A DNA stretch of 35,895 nucleotides from Trichinella spiralis (lineage: Eukaryota), in the NCBI RefSeq assembly GCF_000181795.1, contig NW_003526944.1:4257754-4293648 (forward strand), given 5' to 3'. A program made the translations under genes and the position numbers. Below the pieces are notes generated by a model. The model saw nothing but the letters and a program-made list of their open reading frames with translations, did no database searches and was not told where the DNA came from. This document shows, one piece after another, positions 27,840 through 35,895 of the stretch (its first letter is position 1; each line of letters starts with the position of its first letter).

Positions 27840-28750
27840 CAGTATCGTTGATAGGGGGGTCTTAGGCAGCCCCTCCCTCATTGGGAAAATTTTGTGCAAC
27901 TCTCACTAATACCAACCTGCAATGCATCATACAAGTGTTAATCTGAAATAATTGATAATCTGCAGTTCACTAGCAACTTAATAGTAGCCTCATTTCTACG
28001 ATTGATGAAAGCAGAAGATATAGATATTGCATAAGCAAAGCAGTCATATTCGCGCATTCATTATTACAGAAAAATGCACCACTTACAACACTATGGCCAA
28101 ATAGCAACACGGCAGTGAATGCGTTTGCAATCATGCAGTGTTTGGTTGTCGCTTCAAGTTTTCCATTTGGTCTCAATAGTTGAAGATACAAAAAAAGGTT
28201 ACAAAAATCACTATTTCAGCATCATTAAGTCGACACTGTTGAGTTTCGGCATTACTAAGTCTTCTGATTTTGAAGCCATTTGCAACAGTTATGAAGTGCA
28301 TTCAGAAGTCAGTTTGTTTTTCAAAAGATCCTTCATAGGACCTACAGCGCTTAAAGCTTTAGAAAAGCTGATTGCGGAATGTAGGCTTAAGAACCAAAAA
28401 TACGGCTACCTTGACATGCTTTGTGGAACGAGATGGGTCATTTGTACCGTACATTAGTTGAGGCTTTGCAGCATATTATAGAGTGGAAACACAACAGCGC
28501 TGCCTCTTATGCAGAGCAGTTATGAGTTGCAGCATGTCGAGGCAGTTTTGTTATTTCGTTGACGGCTCTTAACAAAGTGCTTTTGTTAATTTTACTGCTT
28601 CCAAAAATTCTTCAGGCTTCTTGCTTTGATCCGTTGCAATGTTGTGATAAGTTGAATTCTGGAAGTGGCGGACTAAAATTCGGGGAGTGTTTTTGCGCGA
28701 TTTGAAATTCAGACGACACACTGCATGGTGAAATCACACCCCCATACTCA
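27840..28750 (+). mobile_element. Decayed hAT transposon (PRKRIR/THAP12-ZMYM1-like transposase)
   Basis: ORF 28119-28457 ends SEVSLFFKRS...ALEKLIAEC...YLDMLCGTRWV, resembling ..EVxxFFxxSPKR...LxxLCxTRWV. It is followed by SFVISLTALNKVLLLILLLPKILQASCFD. A putative hAT-like left end cagtatcgttgataggggggtc...cccctccc sits at 27840. Stops and frameshifts are present. Confidence 0.7.
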
Positions 28751-29037
28751 ACATATATTCAAGCAGATGACGAGATCGAATATTCCCTAATAACCCTCGT
28801 GAATGACTGTGTGTACCTCTTTCTGCAAAACGTTATACCTTACTTTCACTACTACTTTATTATTCACTCTAACCAGCCCTGCCCCATCCTATGACTTATA
28901 CCTAAACTTCGATACATAGCAAAATCCCGGTTTAATATATCTAGCCCCCCTCCCATTAACATCACACCCGCTATTCTATTAACCTTCTAGCAATCCTACT
29001 ATCCGAATCGGAAACATTGCGGAAAGAAACCAATGAT

Positions 29038-29047
29038 NNNNNNNNNN
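29038..29047. other. Assembly gap (10 N)
   Basis: N run. Confidence 1.
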
Positions 29048-30122
29048 ATTTTAATTTTAGACAAACAATAAATTATTGGCGGACTTTGATGCTGATCCAT
29101 TTGCCAGTGCCCCTTCTGGTATTTTTGTTGCTGTATTTGGATGAATTAAATTTTTATTTGAAAGTGTATTTGCTCCTGTAGAAATGGTGATAGCGGCGGA
29201 TAAAATGAATTTTGCAAATTTTGCGAGTTTTGAAAGTCAGAAATTCGTTGTTAGTGCCGTTGGAAGCTGCTTCGGGAAATCTCGCATCCGATTTGAAAAG
29301 GTGATACATAAATGATTTTAAAGCAAACTCAGTCGCATCATAAAGATTAAATTTGAAATCAGGTGGCATGACGAAATCTACAACGCTTCCAGTGAACATA
29401 AATTGTGAGAAATCGGTGACATCGGCAGATAAATATTCCGCTTTAGCTGAATTGGACGAGTTGTTTCGCGTTGATGCAAATTTAGCTAAGATGACTCAAT
29501 CGACTGGAAATTTAGCGAATGGTATGTTTCAGAACTTTTTGTTTTTTACATGCAGATAAATATTTTTGGACATTAAGGTGCGAATACATTCTCTGGTTAT
29601 AATTCATCACAGCCAACGTATTCGACAGTAAATACTGGCATGAAAGGTACAATTATTAGTTGATGATATGAGTTTATTATTAGTAATAGTTGTTTTTTGC
29701 AGGCATGCATGCACATTCTTTCTTCGGTTCTCAGCCGGCTGCAAGCTTTTCGTCTGCACAGACTAATGTAGATCCTTTCAGCAATTTGACTACTTTGGCC
29801 TCTGTTCCTTGGAATCCTTTTTTTACTAATCAATCTAGCGAGGATAATTTGAGCAAAAGCATGCAAGGCGGAAGCGGTAGTAGCACGTTGTTTGCCGCAA
29901 ATATGCAGGCAGCGAATGTAAACGCACAACATTTCAGCGGCCAGCTAGGCAGTCCTGCTTCAACAATAATGCAGCAATCTGTAAGAATTTTTGTTTTTAA
30001 ATTGTTCGTCAGAATTAAGCAGCACAATTTCTTTTCCCACAGCTTGCATTGAACTTTTGTTTGTTTTCTAGGAGAAACATCCATCTCAAAAGGATGCATC
30101 GAGCTGGAATCCATTTTTGTAA
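29048..30122 (+). CDS. AGFG1: Partial duplicate of AGFG1-like 3' exons (no ArfGAP domain within the contig)
   Basis: Same exons as 7050-8108, ending WNPFL*. Single-base insertions near 29240-29300 shift the frame. Confidence 0.7.
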
Positions 30123-30580
30123 GTGTCACTTATGGTTGAGGAGGAAAGGATCATTCTAATAAATGGTGTTGATATCCGGTATATCAGCAGTTTTTGCGTA
30201 AGCTGTTGAAAACAACATTCAACATGGCAATTGAACCGATTCAGCGTTCATCTGAATGCATTGCAATGAATTCTAACGATTTTATAATGCCAATATTGTG
30301 GACTTGTCGAATGCATTTTTCCATCTTCAGTCTTTTTTCAACTCTAACAATATTTTGCTCTGTGGTCATAATTTTTTACAGTATGATCCGTATTTTATAA
30401 TTCACTATAAATAAGTAAAAGTACAACAAGTTTTTATTTTGTTTATTTTATGATTTAAAAAAAATCTGATATGTATTCAGCGAAAATTTTGGATTTAATT
30501 TGGGTATTTTGCCATCGTTGACTGGTACTTTACGCCGGTTAACGGCGGGCGGTGGTGCATTAGCGTTCATTGCGCGGCTG

Positions 30581-30594
30581 GTAGCCATGGGAAC
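30581..30594. promoter_or_regulatory. X-box, duplicate copy
   Basis: GTAGCCATGGGAAC, identical to 8567-8580. Confidence 0.7.
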
Positions 30595-30921
30595 GACGTC
30601 AGCGGATTGAATCTCGTTCCCATGGTTGTTCCAACGTTGCCGGCAAGCTGTGTTTGCTTGCATCCGAGTTCGAGTTGTTTGCAAAAATGTTTCTCTCTTA
30701 TTTCAACACGCCACTTTGTCACGTTGCATGTCAGGTATGCTTACTGTAGAAAAGTTGACGATCACGAATTATCGTTATTTAGATCGTGTGTGTGTGTGTG
30801 TTGAGGATAATTTTTTGTCGTTTGTTTGTTTTTTTCAGTTTTGAATTTGTAATCTGCAGTGGCGTTATTTTTGGAATGGCAAATTAGCGGCTGCTCATTG
30901 TACAAAAGTTGCTCAATTATT

Positions 30922-33889
<2,968 letters not shown>

Positions 33890-33899
33890 NNNNNNNNNN
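33890..33899. other. Assembly gap (10 N)
   Basis: N run. Confidence 1.
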
Positions 33900-35361
33900 G
33901 TTTAGGGGTTCATTTGGCGGAAAGGAGAAATGAATGAATAATTTGACGATCATTTCCAAAAGGACATTTGGAGTTTAGTGAGTGTTTTAGCATGCTATAG
34001 TTGGAGTATAGAATAAGTAAATGCTTGAGAATAGCAGTGCAAGGATAGGAGGAATGTGAGATAGGGTGGTGTGCAGGAGTTCGACGGGTTACACTGCACG
34101 ACGCGACCCTAACCGTATCAAATGATCAAAGTCCATATTTTCAAAGCTCACCTCTTCCTCTCCCGGTTGCGGTACCAGAGGCCTGCCGCCTTGCTAGGAT
34201 CCCAGCAATGAGATCTCAAGCAAGGTTTTTTTTCAGCCCGACCGCCCCCGCGCCGCCCCCCGCCCTCCTGCCCGTTAACGGGGACTTCCCTCGGCGGAGT
34301 CTCCTAGTCCCGTGCTGGCCAGAGACCGGTTTTAAAGAGATGACCATGTCCATTTGTGTGGAAATGGACGCTGTTTGAAATCTTGTGCAATGGGATTTCA
34401 ACACCTATGTGAATTCGTAAGACGTATCTGTCCTAGAGGCAGTTATGCAAATTCGCAATTGACGTAGTGCTGAGACTCTGTTTCAGTGCCAATCTAGTGG
34501 TGATCGTTACTCCCCCAAGAGGAACGGTAAGCGTCGCTATGCGTTTGTGTTATTGTTACGCCGGCTCTGACACTTGGCCAATGATTGACATCAGATTTGC
34601 CGTCACACCTTTAACTAGTTCATTTGGCGTTGCACCTTTCATCAGTTTAGGCATTATACATTAGAAATTAATCTCCATCGAGAGCATCCCCTTATAATCA
34701 TACTAAATAGCTTAAATTTGTTAAAAATTTTATACATTAATTTATTTATTTAGGAATCTAAATGATACATAAAATATAATTTTCATTCATCTAATAATTG
34801 GGGAAATTCAATAATTATTTCAATAATTTCATAAAAGTTTATGAATTTTTCATTATTTACATTTCATCTTATAAAAGATTTTAATTATTCATTAATTTTA
34901 TACTGATAATAATATATTTTTAGTGTAAAGCAGTTTTTTACATTAAAGAATGTAATATCAAAGTAGATTTCTACTTTAAAACAGTGTAATGTAAACAGTT
35001 AAAAGGGGTGTAATACAGTAAACATTAAATTAGCAATAATATATTTATTTATTATTGAAGAACTAACTATTGTTTGAATATAAATTTTTTACTTATAAAA
35101 ATGTTAATCGGGGTCTCCTTAAATTAGGCAGTGGCAAAAGTAAACTTCGTATAAATGAAATAAACAATTAGCTTAGACAAGGTGCAACAAGTTTAATCTC
35201 TCTTTAAATAGGAATTAATTTACCATAAATAGACTTGTTATTAATCCGTAACATGTAGGAAAACAAAATATTAAATATGAGATTAATTTTAATATGCTAA
35301 TTAGAAATTTTAAAATGCAACGTAAATACAGCACTGAGTATTTTAATTTTTAATTAGCTTA

Positions 35362-35501
35362 AATAACGTCACTCGTAACAACATATTTCAGCAGTGAGAG
35401 TTTTTTAATAAATGATTAACATACAATGTAAACACAAAAGTGGGTCATAATATTTTATAATTAGGCATAATAACGTCACTCGTAACTACATATTAAAGCA
35501 G
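35362..35501 (+). repeat. Direct repeat pair, ~107 bp spacing
   Basis: aataacgtcactcgtaac(a/t)acatatt..agcag at ~35362 and ~35468. Confidence 0.8.
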
Positions 35502-35895
35502 GGTTTTTTAGTAGTTAATTAGAGGGTTTTAATTGCAAGCAAAAAACAGCAACTTACAGTTGTCAGTTTTATTTGAAAAGATAAGTAGGCATAATACATT
35601 AAATCAATAATGATGAGTTGTAAATCATACGGTAAGTATGCAAACATGAGTTGGTTCTGCAGGACAGTACATTAATATTGAGTATCAGGTGTGACGGCAT
35701 TCGATGTGCATGAGGCGGCAAGGCTTAGTAGGCGTAACGATTCACATCTGCCTGGCAACGCACGCCATCTGGTGCGGAAGCTACGTCTTCGGCGGATCAG
35801 AATGGCCATCTGGTCCGTCGAGGGTGGATCAGATGGATCCACCCACGTCATCTCGGCAAAATCGTGACGTCAGCACGTGGGCTAGGAGGCGATGA

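Noticed and set aside
28750..29037. C/A-skewed stretch resembling mitochondrial DNA
   Set aside because: No recognisable mitochondrial gene. It abuts a gap and looks like a low-quality read tail.
33900..34080. G-skewed stretch resembling the reverse strand of cytochrome b
   Set aside because: The reverse complement gave no cytochrome b motifs, and it is adjacent to a gap, so probably low-quality sequence.
34100..34145. ccctaacc (telomerase-template-like) and tccatatttt (U6 3'-end-like)
   Set aside because: Matches are 8-10 nt with none of the other required elements, such as the U6 ACAGAGA box.
34275..34315. HDV-like ribozyme fold
   Set aside because: Too few bases between the candidate P1 strands on the plus strand, and no P1.1 GG or canonical L3 on the minus strand.

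Overview
AT-rich eukaryotic DNA with many short GT-AG introns; the style suggests a nematode such as Trichinella, but this is inference. Three intact conserved genes occupy 1.3-12.7 kb: CCT4 (minus strand), an AGFG1/drongo-type ArfGAP (plus) and a MAK/ICK/DYF-5 ciliary kinase (plus) that has an RFX/DAF-19 X-box upstream. The accessory region (13-29 kb) holds two decayed hAT-transposase relics, five spaced copies of a TATA-plus-hairpin unit showing a compensatory base change (candidate small-RNA gene cluster), and a decayed tandem array with ~1.28 kb periodicity and cadherin-like motifs. Between two 10-N gaps lies a near-identical second copy of 7037-11859, most likely an uncollapsed haplotype. 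The last contig piece has a GC-rich multi-hairpin island and a 13-bp inverted-repeat pair of unknown origin. All family assignments come from reading and translating by eye; no searches were run.
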